Source: Minisyncoccota bacterium (lineage in GTDB: Bacteria; Patescibacteriota; Minisyncoccia; Phycocordibacterales; CAIZLB01). Taken from it: 64,000 nucleotides of DNA. The stretch lies in NCBI GenBank assembly GCA_036405975.1, contig DASWWM010000013.1, positions 40,649-104,648 of the forward strand, given 5' to 3'. This document shows, in pieces, positions 56,359-64,000 of the stretch. The notes beneath the pieces are model-generated. The model made no database searches and was not told the origin of the DNA. It was given only the letters and a program-made list of their open reading frames with translations. Each line of letters starts with the position of its first letter. The first letter of the stretch is position 1. A program made the translations under genes and the position numbers.

Positions 56359-56637
56359 ATGACAATAAAAATATACAGCACGCCATCATGCGGTTACTGC
56401 AAGGTCGCGAAGGAATTTCTTACCAGCCACGGAGTCGAATACACTGAAGTTGATGTCGCCGCAGACGTCAATGCCCGGGAAGAAATGGTAGACAAGAGCG
56501 GGCAGCTCGGAGTGCCGGTCTTCGACATCAACGGCCAGATTATTGTCGGATACAATGAGCAGCTTCTTTCGAAGGTTGTCGGAATTGGAGGACAGTCTGC
56601 GGACGCTGCAGCTGGCTCTCAGGCTTCGGCAGAGTAG
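56359..56637 (+). CDS. Glutaredoxin-like protein (NrdH/YruB type)
   Basis: IKIYSTPSCGYCKVAKEFL (CxxC) ... GVPVF. Confidence 0.7.
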   Translation: MTIKIYSTPSCGYCKVAKEFLTSHGVEYTEVDVAADVNAREEMVDKSGQLGVPVFDINGQIIVGYNEQLLSKVVGIGGQSADAAAGSQASAE

Positions 56638-56664
56638 TTCCTCATTCTCGGTTCAGCACATCAC

Positions 56665-57069
56665 ATGAAGAAATCAACAACGGTCATCGTCATCATTCTC
56701 GCTCTGCTTTTCGGAGCGTTCGCAACGTACTACGTGTACATGTCCAGGTCTGGAGATCCGAGTACGTGGAATGTCAGGGCTGGCGATCAGGTATACGTTC
56801 ATTTCACATGGACGCTTCCGGATGGGACGGTGGCAGATACAAGCCGTGATGAAAAGGGTCCGTACGGATTCACATCGGGAGTTGGCATGGTCGTTCCCGG
56901 TTTCGACGAAGCCGTGGTTGGAATGAAGATCGGAGAAAGGAAGAGCGTCAAGGTTCCTCCTCAGAAGGCCTTCGATTCTCAGGGCGTCTCAAACGGCCGA
57001 AATGGCTATGCGGTTCCGCCCAATACCACTTTGACTTTGGACGTAGAAGTGCTAAACATAGAGAGGTAA
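56665..57069 (+). CDS. FKBP-type peptidyl-prolyl cis-trans isomerase, membrane-anchored
   Basis: N-terminal TM, then GDQVYVHFTWTLPDGTV...GMVVPGFDEAVVGMKIGERK...LDVEVLNI. Confidence 0.75.
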   Translation: MKKSTTVIVIILALLFGAFATYYVYMSRSGDPSTWNVRAGDQVYVHFTWTLPDGTVADTSRDEKGPYGFTSGVGMVVPGFDEAVVGMKIGERKSVKVPPQKAFDSQGVSNGRNGYAVPPNTTLTLDVEVLNIER

Positions 57070-57102
57070 GTCTCAGTCCATCCTGCGCGTGCGCAGGAAT
57101 AT

Positions 57103-57174
57103 GCCCCCGTAGTTCAATGGATAGAACAGTCCCGTCCTAAGGGGTAGATGTAGGTTCGATTCCTGCCGAGGGCA
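57103..57174 (+). tRNA. tRNA-Arg (anticodon CCT). No encoded CCA, one C-A mismatch in the acceptor stem, 4-nt variable loop.
   Basis: Acceptor GCCCCCG/CGAGGGC, D-arm GTTC-AATGGATA-GAAC, anticodon stem GTCCC/GGGGT with loop GTCCTAA, T-arm GTAGG-TTCGATT-CCTGC. Confidence 0.75.
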
Positions 57175-57182
57175 CAAGACGA

Positions 57183-57216
57183 AAAAGAGACAGCTAATAA
57201 TGCTGTCTCTTTTTCT
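57183..57216 (+). terminator. Rho-independent terminator after tRNA-Arg
   Basis: aaagagacagc-taataat-gctgtctcttt followed by ttctg. Confidence 0.5.
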
Positions 57217-57425
57217 GTCTCTGCGCACCGAAGGAGCAAGCAAACTGCTTTGCTTGCGTCAGGAATCGAAGCTGTTTTGAGATATTTTTGAGCCGGCGGA
57301 GCTCGGCGAAATAAAATATCCAAAACGGGTACTGGTCCTGTAAGGACCGATATCCTGCCGAGCCGGTGGCCTTTACTTTGCAACTAGTTTGCCTTACTGT
57401 AGGCGGCAGAAAGGATAATCAAATA

Positions 57426-57647
57426 ATGAGTGAAAACAGTAAGTTCCCAAAATACTTGATGCAGATTGATGACAGGCTCGAATTCCTTCCCATCGAGCAA
57501 GCGTGCATCGCATACAATTCAGGATGGCAAAAGGTCGACTTCGGTTCTTGCGTCATTCTCGGCCCAGATTTTTCTGTCAGAAAAATGACTGACGAAGACA
57601 GACATAAGATCTCGAGGGCCGCTGAAGATCACGATGCGAGCAAGTGA
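57426..57647 (+). CDS. Hypothetical small protein (73 aa), TGA stop
   Basis: MSENSKFPKYLMQ..., AAAGGA upstream. No family recognised. Confidence 0.3.
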   Translation: MSENSKFPKYLMQIDDRLEFLPIEQACIAYNSGWQKVDFGSCVILGPDFSVRKMTDEDRHKISRAAEDHDASK

Positions 57648-57788
57648 GAGTCCCGCTTGGAAAACTCGGTCAAACAAAAGCCCCGGTACACAGATGTTGT
57701 ACCGGGGCGAATTTTATTCGGGCTTCAGGACGCCGAAGATTAAGAAGTTGAGCTATTCTCGTATCCACTTGTCATATATAATGCGCAT

Positions 57789-58730
57789 ATGAACAACTCG
57801 AAGAATCAGCGTCACCAGCCAATCATCATTTCTCCGGAACAGGCGGACTATGCCCTTTTGGATTCCGGCGAGGGCATGAAGCTTGAGCGATACGGCAATG
57901 TGGTGCTTTCTCGACCTGACCCCCAGGCACTTTGGAAGAGGCGTTTGCCTGCAAGTGAATGGAATAAGGCAAACGCCTCATTCGCACGGACTAAAAATGA
58001 CGAGCGCGGCGTCTGGGTGTACCAGCATAAAGACATTGAGAATGGATGGAAGATCAATTACGACAGCCTGACATTCAAGGTCAAGCCGACTCCGTTCAAG
58101 CATACGGGGCTTTTCCAGGAACAGATTTCAAACTGGCAGTGGGCGAGAGAAGTCATCGAAGCCAGAATCAAAGAGCAGGGCGGCCGTTCTGCCGATAAGC
58201 CCATTCGAGTACTGAACCTTTTCGGCTATACCGGTGGCGCGACTATCTCAGCTGCCAAAGCCGGAGCTGAAGTCACTCATGTCGATGCGTCAAAGTCGTC
58301 AATCACATGGGCAAAAGAAAATTCGGAACTCTCCGGACTTTCTGAACGACCCATCCGATGGATTCTCGACGATGCACACGGATTCGTAAAGCGAGAGCTT
58401 CGACGGGGTGCGACATATGATGCAATCATTATGGACCCGCCCGCTTTCGGACGAGGTGCGAAAGGCGAGGTATGGAGAATCGAAGATGATTTCCTGCCAT
58501 TCCTCGAGAATACCTTGAAGCTGCTTTCCGATAAGCCTCTCTTCCTGATCCTTAACGGATATTCAGCTGGCTACTCTCCTCTGACGTATGAAAATAACTT
58601 GATCGAAGTCCAGAGAAAGCACGGTGGGACAGTTGAGAGCGGGGAGCTTGTCATTGAGGAAGAGGCTCAGTCAAACCTTGCCAGGAGGCTTCTTGCCTGC
58701 GGTATGGTCAGCCGGTGGAAGAAGTACTAG
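57789..58730 (+). CDS. Class I SAM-dependent methyltransferase (RlmI/YccW-like rRNA methyltransferase family)
   Basis: VLNLFGYTGGATISAAKAGA (motif I) and IIMDPPAF (motif IV, DPPxF). Confidence 0.7.
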   Translation: MNNSKNQRHQPIIISPEQADYALLDSGEGMKLERYGNVVLSRPDPQALWKRRLPASEWNKANASFARTKNDERGVWVYQHKDIENGWKINYDSLTFKVKPTPFKHTGLFQEQISNWQWAREVIEARIKEQGGRSADKPIRVLNLFGYTGGATISAAKAGAEVTHVDASKSSITWAKENSELSGLSERPIRWILDDAHGFVKRELRRGATYDAIIMDPPAFGRGAKGEVWRIEDDFLPFLENTLKLLSDKPLFLILNGYSAGYSPLTYENNLIEVQRKHGGTVESGELVIEEEAQSNLARRLLACGMVSRWKKY

Positions 58731-58766
58731 TCTGGCGAACTTCCACACCAGTGCCCTCTTCAGGTC

Positions 58767-59096
58767 ATGGCCGTTTTGCTGGCCAATATGCAGGGCTGGA
58801 AAAGATGCGTCGGATATGCTAAAGTGCTCGGCATGGACGAACAGATCCAGGAGCTCAATGAGAAGATCGATGAGTTGAGGGAAATTGTCGAAGACAATGC
58901 CCGAATGACCGCAAGCCTTTACAAGCGAGCGAAGTTTGCCATGTATGGAATCATCCTGAAATGGTTCATCATCATCGGTATCACCATTGGGGCCTTCTAC
59001 TACGTCCAGCCGCTCATCGACGGCATCGTCCAGACATATTCTGGATTGACTGGAGGAAGCGGAACTGATTTGTTCAATCTGATCAAGTCGTTCTAA
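58767..59096 (+). CDS. Hypothetical small membrane protein with a coiled-coil N-terminus
   Basis: Likely start at MDEQIQELNEK (58833). One TM helix. Confidence 0.3.
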   Translation: MAVLLANMQGWKRCVGYAKVLGMDEQIQELNEKIDELREIVEDNARMTASLYKRAKFAMYGIILKWFIIIGITIGAFYYVQPLIDGIVQTYSGLTGGSGTDLFNLIKSF

Positions 59097-59112
59097 AAAA
59101 GAAAAATAGCAT

Positions 59113-59188
59113 GCCGAGATAGCTCAGTTGGTAGAGCATTTCCCTGAAGAGGAAGGGGTCGCCGGTTCGAATCCGGCTCTCGGCACCA
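59113..59188 (+). tRNA. tRNA-Phe (anticodon GAA)
   Basis: Acceptor GCCGAGA/TCTCGGC, D-arm GCTC-AGTTGGTA-GAGC, anticodon loop CTGAAGA, T-arm GCCGG-TTCGAAT-CCGGC, encoded CCA. Confidence 0.9.
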
Positions 59189-59198
59189 GATACAAAAG

Positions 59199-59240
59199 AA
59201 AAACCGCCACGCAAAAAAACAGGGGCGGTTTTTCTTTTTG
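59199..59240 (+). terminator. Rho-independent terminator after tRNA-Phe
   Basis: aaaaaccgcc...ggcggttttt followed by cttttt. Confidence 0.5.
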
Positions 59241-59315
59241 AGGGTATCGCTATTGCTGCACCTTTTAATCGCGTGGTATGATTAGCCTGCACATTACAAA
59301 TTTCAGAAAAAATCC

Positions 59316-59627
59316 ATGCAAGACAAAGATACAGAGTTTCTCGAATTTATTGTTAAGTCTCTCGTCGAAAACGCAGATGCCGTGAAGACGAGCAGGCGAG
59401 TTGACGATATGGGAGTCTTCGTTGAATTGACTGTAGACCCGGCAGATATGGGAAAGATCATCGGCCGAAACGGTCACACTGCCCAGGCCATCCGAACCAT
59501 CATGAAGGCATTCGGAAAGAAGCATCAGGCAAACATCAGCATCCAGATCAAGGAGCCTGCGGGCGGGACTCGGGACTTCGGATCTCTCAAGACTGTAGAC
59601 AATGCGATTGCGGATTTGAATATGTAG
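59316..59627 (+). CDS. khpA: KH-domain RNA-binding protein (KhpA/YlqC family)
   Basis: VDPADMGKIIGRNGHTAQAIRTI (GxxG KH motif). 103 aa. Confidence 0.7.
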   Translation: MQDKDTEFLEFIVKSLVENADAVKTSRRVDDMGVFVELTVDPADMGKIIGRNGHTAQAIRTIMKAFGKKHQANISIQIKEPAGGTRDFGSLKTVDNAIADLNM

Positions 59628-59636
59628 ACCTAAGCA

Positions 59637-59665
59637 AAAGCCCCGGCATATTGCCGGGGCTTTTG
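59637..59665 (+). terminator. Rho-independent terminator after khpA
   Basis: aaaagccccggca-tat-tgccggggctttt. Confidence 0.5.
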
Positions 59666-59672
59666 CATTTCT

Positions 59673-59954
59673 ATGACGCATACTATACTTATTTGCATGA
59701 AGCTCTTCCTGGTCATCATCATGAACGTCCTTGCCGTGGCACCTATCGTCTATCTTGCGATGTCGCCCGAAGCTATATCCACTCTTTTCTCCGTATCGAC
59801 CGCATCTGTTATTCCGGAAGCGGTCCGGCGCGCATTGCTGCTCGCAATTCCTGCAGTGCTCGCGGTCATTCTCAGTTTTTCCGTGCGCAAGCGTTCGGTC
59901 TCGATCGCTCTTGTCGGTTGGGCGGTCGTCGCCGGCGCCTTCCTGTTTCTGTAG
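59673..59954 (+). CDS. Hypothetical small membrane protein
   Basis: 93 aa, three hydrophobic helices. No family. Confidence 0.25.
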   Translation: MTHTILICMKLFLVIIMNVLAVAPIVYLAMSPEAISTLFSVSTASVIPEAVRRALLLAIPAVLAVILSFSVRKRSVSIALVGWAVVAGAFLFL

Positions 59955-60002
59955 GCATGCAGGCTGTGCATGAAGTCATTCCCGTGCTATATTCGCAAAA
60001 AA

Positions 60003-60812
60003 ATGAATTTCCATATCATCACTCTTTTCCCAGAATCGCTCAGCTCATATCTCAATGAGTCTATTGTCGCGCGGGCCCAGAAGCAGAGGCTGATAAAGGT
60101 AAGCACGTACAACCCGCGCGACTTCGTGAAGCCGACGAAGACGCAGGCCAAGAATGAGAAGCCGTATCTTCGAGTTGATGACCGGCCATACGGCGGCGGA
60201 CCTGGAATGGTAATGCTAGTAGAGCCTGTGACGAAGTCGATTCAGAAGGCACTCGCTGCCGCTCAGAAAAGAAAGAGCTTCAAGAGGTCTCTCATCGTAT
60301 TCTTGAGTCCCACAGGTACGCAGTTCACAAATGAACTGGCGAGCGAATATGTGTCTGAATATTCAGACATTGTTATCGTCTGCGGAAGATATGAAGGCAT
60401 CGATGCTCGGATCAAGCAGATTTTCCCGATGGTAGACATCACGGTTGGACCGTTCGTGACGACAGGAGGCGAGCTTCCGGCCATGCTCATGATCGACGTC
60501 ATGGCTCGGCAGATTCCAGGAGTTCTCGGAAAGTTCGAAAGCAGGGAAGAATCACGTATATCATCGAGCGATGTGTATACGCGGCCGGAAGTTTTTAAAT
60601 ACAAGGGCAAGGAGTATGCCGTACCTGAGGTTTTGCTTTCAGGGGATCACAAGAAAATAGACCTCTGGAGGGCTGAGACGGGAGGGGTCAAAAGCGCCGC
60701 CGGCATCGAGCCCGGGCAGCGTGCCGCTGCCCTCGGGAAGCCGGCGGCGCCAGCCAAACCGACCAAAAAGACCCCTGGGTCAAGTGGACAAGTATCCAAG
60801 CCACAGAAATAG
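60003..60812 (+). CDS. trmD: tRNA (guanine37-N1)-methyltransferase with a Lys/Pro-rich C-terminal extension
   Basis: MNFHIITLFPE...RVDDRPYGGGPGMV (SPOUT knot motifs). Start at the internal Met. Confidence 0.85.
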   Translation: MNFHIITLFPESLSSYLNESIVARAQKQRLIKVSTYNPRDFVKPTKTQAKNEKPYLRVDDRPYGGGPGMVMLVEPVTKSIQKALAAAQKRKSFKRSLIVFLSPTGTQFTNELASEYVSEYSDIVIVCGRYEGIDARIKQIFPMVDITVGPFVTTGGELPAMLMIDVMARQIPGVLGKFESREESRISSSDVYTRPEVFKYKGKEYAVPEVLLSGDHKKIDLWRAETGGVKSAAGIEPGQRAAALGKPAAPAKPTKKTPGSSGQVSKPQK

Positions 60813-60858
60813 CCATCCGTACCCCCTAAGTTACCCCTCGGATGTCAACAGTTTTGCG

Positions 60859-60887
60859 TTGACACCTGTGGATAAATCCTTTAATAT
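60859..60887 (+). promoter_or_regulatory. Near-consensus sigma-70 promoter upstream of rpoB
   Basis: TTGACA (60859-60864), 17-nt spacer, TAATAT (60882-60887). The rpoB ATG is about 170 nt downstream. Confidence 0.45.
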
Positions 60888-61057
60888 TAAGTTCCTGCGT
60901 TAGACGATTGAGTTATACGGGCAGCTCTTTCGCGGACATTCATTTTTTCTTCAGAGAATCGCCCGACTTTCTGAAGAGGAATTGAATTCAAACTCCTGCT
61001 ATTACTGGGAAACTAATAGCATTTTTTACATATCCCACTTAACCCAGACGCTTGCAT

Positions 61058-64000
61058 ATGCGCCAGAAAAAGTATTTTTCTAGGTTCAAGGAGCCGCTAG
61101 CACCGCTCCCTAACCTGGTGGAAGGTCAGATCGAATCTTATAAATGGTTATTGGACAAGGGACTCAAGGAGGTATTCAGCGAGTTCGTGAATATCAAGGA
61201 CTACTCGGACAAGAAGTTCGAGTTGGACTTCACAGGCTTTGAGATCGTAGCTCCCAAGTATGACGAGTTTCATGCGAAGGAAAACAAGATGAACTTCGAA
61301 GGGGGCCTCAAGGTCATGGTAAAGCTCAAGAACAAGATCCTCGGCTCAACTAAGGAACAGGAGATCTTCATGGCCGACTTCCCGATGATGACGGACCACG
61401 GTACGTTCATCATTAACGGTATTGAGCGACTCATCGTTCCGCAGATCATCCGATCATACGGAGCCTTTTTCACGTCCCAGGAAGTGAAAGGCAAGAATTA
61501 CTTTGGAGCGAAAATCATCCCTGCGCGAGGCGCATGGATCGAGATCGAGAGCGATGCCGACGGAGCTGTCTACGTTCGAATCGACAGAAAGCGAAAGTTC
61601 CCAGTGACTTCGCTTCTTCGATCGTTCGGAGTAGAGACTGACTCTGACATCAAGGATCTTTTCAAGGATAGCCAGTACGGAAAGCAGTATATCGAGGCGA
61701 CTCTTGCGAAGGATCATGCAAAGACAAAAGAAGAAGCGTACATCGAAATCCACAAGCGACTTCGAGACGGAGACCTCGCTACGGCTGAAAATGCCCGAGA
61801 CTTCTTCAACTCTCTCATGAGCGCGGAGCGATACGACCTTTCAAAGGTCGGACGATTCCGATTCAACCAGCGATTCGGCAAGGACATGGGTGAGAAGGCC
61901 CTCTCACAGATGACCCTTACAGTCGATGACCTCGTATCTACGATCAAGATGCTCATCGAGCTCAACCATAACCCTCTTGCGGTTAAGGACGATATCGACC
62001 ACCTCGGTTCCCGACGAGTGCGATTCGTAGGAGAGCTCCTCCAGCAGAAGATCCGAGTCGGTATGACTCAGATCAAGCGAAACATTCAGAACCGAATGTC
62101 TACTATTGATACGGATGCGAACCTTCCGGTTCAGTTCATCTCTCCTCGACCTCTCCAGGCTCGAATCAAGGAATTCTTCACGACGAACCAGCTATCGCAG
62201 TTCATGTCACAGGAAAATATCCTTGCGGAAATCGAACATCTCCGAAGAATCTCTGCCCTAGGACAGGGAGGTCTTACGCGAGAGCGAGCAGGTATCGAAG
62301 TTCGAGACGTACACCCTTCGCATTACGGACGAATCTGCCCGATTCATACGCCTGAAGGTCAGAACATCGGTCTCGTACTCCAGCTTGCGACATATGCGCG
62401 GGTAAACCACTTCGGTATGATCGAGACTCCGTACGCAAAGGTTAAGGACGGAAAGATCACTAAGGAAATCGTATACCTCAATGCGCTTGAGGAAGAGGGG
62501 CATAAGATCGCCCATGCCGCTACTAAGTATGACGAAAAAGGCAATATCGAAGAGGAAATCGTGGAAGTTCGAATCAAGGGCGAGCCGGTTCTCATCAGCC
62601 GAGACGAAGTTGACTTCATCGACGTTGCTCCTGAGCAGGCATTCTCTATCTCGACTTCAATGATTCCATTCTTGAACCACGACGATGCCAACCGAGCGCT
62701 CATGGGTTCAAACATGCAGAAGCAGGCCACTCCTTGCATCGTTCCTGAGGCACCATTGGTTGCGACAGGTATCGAGGAGAAGGCTGCGCAGGATACGGGC
62801 CGAGTCATTCTTGCTCCTGAGGAAGGAACCATCATTGCGGTAGACGCAAAGAAGATTGTTCTTAAGGGCGCAAAGAAGGAGCACGAGTTCCGACTTGCGA
62901 CATACAGCCGAACGAACCAGTTCACGGCTTCTCATCAGCGACCAACGGTTTCTCTCAACCAGAAAGTCAAGCGAGGCGATGTCCTTGCTGACACATCTAC
63001 GTCTGTAGACGGACAGATGGCTCTCGGGCAGAACTGCCTCATCGCCTTCATGGCATGGTCTGGAGCAAACTACGAAGATGCCATCATCCTTTCAGAGCGA
63101 CTCGTTAAGGACTCTAAGTTCACAACGGTTCATATCGAGGAATTCGTCATCAATGTACGAGACACGAAGCTTGGTCCCGAAGTCACGACTCACGACATTC
63201 CAAACGTTGGCGAGAACCGACTGAAGAATCTCGACGTAGACGGAGTCATCCGAGTGGGTGCCGAAGTTCGACCTGGCGATATCATCGTCGGAAAGATCAC
63301 GCCTAAGACTGAGACTCAGCTTACGCCTGAAGAGCGACTTCTCCGATCAATCTTCGGAGAGAAGTCACGAGACGTGAAGGACACATCAAAGCGACTCGAA
63401 AACGGAAAGAAGGGACGAGTCATCGGCGTGAAGGTCTTCTCACGAGAGAAGGGCGACAAGCTCGACTCAGGAATCATCAAGCGAATCCACGTTGAGGTTG
63501 CGGTCCTCCGAAACATCTCAGTGGGTGACAAGCTTGCCGGACGACACGGAAACAAGGGAGTTATCTCTCGAATCCTTCCTGTCGAAGACATGCCATTCAT
63601 GGAAGACGGAACTCCTGTGGACATGATCCTTACGCCGCTCGGTGTACCGTCTCGAATGAACCTCGGTCAGATCCTCGAGCTCCACCTCGGACTCGCGGCC
63701 AAGACTTTGAACTACCAGGCCGTAGTTCCTCCTTTTGCCGGAGCGACTGTAGACGAAGTTAAGAAGGAACTCGTAAATGCCGGTTTCAACGAAAGCGGCA
63801 AGATGAAGCTCTTCGACGGACGAACTGGAGAGAAGTTCGAGCAGGATATCGCGGTCGGATACATGTATATCCTCAAGCTTCACCACATGGTGGACGACAA
63901 GATCCACATGCGATCAATCGGTCCGTACTCTCTCATCACGCAGCAGCCTCTTGGAGGAAAGGCGCAGGGAGGAGGACAGCGATTCGGAGAAATGGAAGTG
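61058..64000 (+). CDS. rpoB: DNA-directed RNA polymerase subunit beta, 3' end outside window
   Basis: Frame is open from the ATG at 61058 to the window end. RpoB blocks FMADFPMMTDHGTFIINGIERLIV, HPSHYGRICPIHTPEG, and FGEMEV in the last codons. Confidence 0.95.
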   Translation, partial: MRQKKYFSRFKEPLAPLPNLVEGQIESYKWLLDKGLKEVFSEFVNIKDYSDKKFELDFTGFEIVAPKYDEFHAKENKMNFEGGLKVMVKLKNKILGSTKEQEIFMADFPMMTDHGTFIINGIERLIVPQIIRSYGAFFTSQEVKGKNYFGAKIIPARGAWIEIESDADGAVYVRIDRKRKFPVTSLLRSFGVETDSDIKDLFKDSQYGKQYIEATLAKDHAKTKEEAYIEIHKRLRDGDLATAENARDFFNSLMSAERYDLSKVGRFRFNQRFGKDMGEKALSQMTLTVDDLVSTIKMLIELNHNPLAVKDDIDHLGSRRVRFVGELLQQKIRVGMTQIKRNIQNRMSTIDTDANLPVQFISPRPLQARIKEFFTTNQLSQFMSQENILAEIEHLRRISALGQGGLTRERAGIEVRDVHPSHYGRICPIHTPEGQNIGLVLQLATYARVNHFGMIETPYAKVKDGKITKEIVYLNALEEEGHKIAHAATKYDEKGNIEEEIVEVRIKGEPVLISRDEVDFIDVAPEQAFSISTSMIPFLNHDDANRALMGSNMQKQATPCIVPEAPLVATGIEEKAAQDTGRVILAPEEGTIIAVDAKKIVLKGAKKEHEFRLATYSRTNQFTASHQRPTVSLNQKVKRGDVLADTSTSVDGQMALGQNCLIAFMAWSGANYEDAIILSERLVKDSKFTTVHIEEFVINVRDTKLGPEVTTHDIPNVGENRLKNLDVDGVIRVGAEVRPGDIIVGKITPKTETQLTPEERLLRSIFGEKSRDVKDTSKRLENGKKGRVIGVKVFSREKGDKLDSGIIKRIHVEVAVLRNISVGDKLAGRHGNKGVISRILPVEDMPFMEDGTPVDMILTPLGVPSRMNLGQILELHLGLAAKTLNYQAVVPPFAGATVDEVKKELVNAGFNESGKMKLFDGRTGEKFEQDIAVGYMYILKLHHMVDDKIHMRSIGPYSLITQQPLGGKAQGGGQRFGEMEV

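Noticed and set aside
1-64000. Possibility of an alternative genetic code, with TGA as a sense codon as in some candidate-phylum bacteria.
   Set aside because: ORFs of 1659, 1741, 689 and 638 aa are intact under the standard code with no internal TGA. TGA is simply rare as a stop here. RF1 is present; RF2 is not in this window, so its status is unknown.
1-64000. CRISPR arrays, transposases, integrases or prophage blocks.
   Set aside because: No regularly spaced direct repeats. No ORF has transposase, recombinase or capsid-like motifs. The tRNA genes are not flanked by integrase genes.

Overview
This 64-kb window is mostly housekeeping genes on both strands, from a genome of about 50% GC. Nearly all stop codons are TAA or TAG, and most genes lack a Shine-Dalgarno sequence. 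Contents in order:

- a 5'-truncated giant fibre-like surface protein (1..5072)
- a pentose-phosphate cluster: gap, rpiB, an Rpe-family gene, and transketolase split into two genes
- a FAD-linked oxidase and a PfkB kinase on the minus strand
- a translation block: rplY, an SLT-domain protein, rpmE, prfA, a type IV pilin, rpsB, tsf, tRNA-Thr
- a minus-strand envelope operon: GT2 processive glycosyltransferase, membrane thioredoxin-like protein, Gly-rich peptidoglycan-binding secreted protein
- pheS and pheT
- a second giant surface protein (delta-60 repeats, Ig-like and FN3 domains, C-terminal peptidoglycan-binding domain)
- CapA-like phosphoesterase, LemA, HtpX, aquaporin, NAD(P)H oxidoreductase, DUF192
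- an RNase P RNA gene (rnpB) on the minus strand; no six-frame ORF spans it
- murJ, mscL, dsbA, dsbB
- a hypothetical, a CooC/MinD-like ATPase, and an anomalously GC-rich Cys-rich mini-ORF
- a Fur/Zur-family regulator with a His-rich YibE/F membrane protein
- a PurH N-domain-only gene
- typA, a MacAB-like efflux trio, a beta-lactamase-fold hydrolase
- two small hypothetical genes ending in TGA (one with a strong Shine-Dalgarno)
- lepA, an FtsB-like protein, glutaredoxin, FKBP, tRNA-Arg, an rRNA methyltransferase, tRNA-Phe, khpA, trmD
- the 5' part of rpoB, running to the window edge

The gene content suggests a Patescibacteria/CPR-like organism, probably Saccharibacteria-like; this is inference. 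The supporting features are split transketolase, a type IV pilin, giant surface proteins, genes without Shine-Dalgarno sequences, and oxidative-folding genes. I found no CRISPR array, transposase or integrase.

The most unusual signals are:

- the GC-rich mini-ORF locus at 42.7-42.95 kb
- the atypical pair of small genes at 52.8-53.7 kb (TGA stops, one strong Shine-Dalgarno)
- the GT2/thioredoxin-like/Gly-rich envelope operon at 19.9-24.0 kb
- the unannotated rnpB with a near-consensus promoter
- the standalone PurH N-domain
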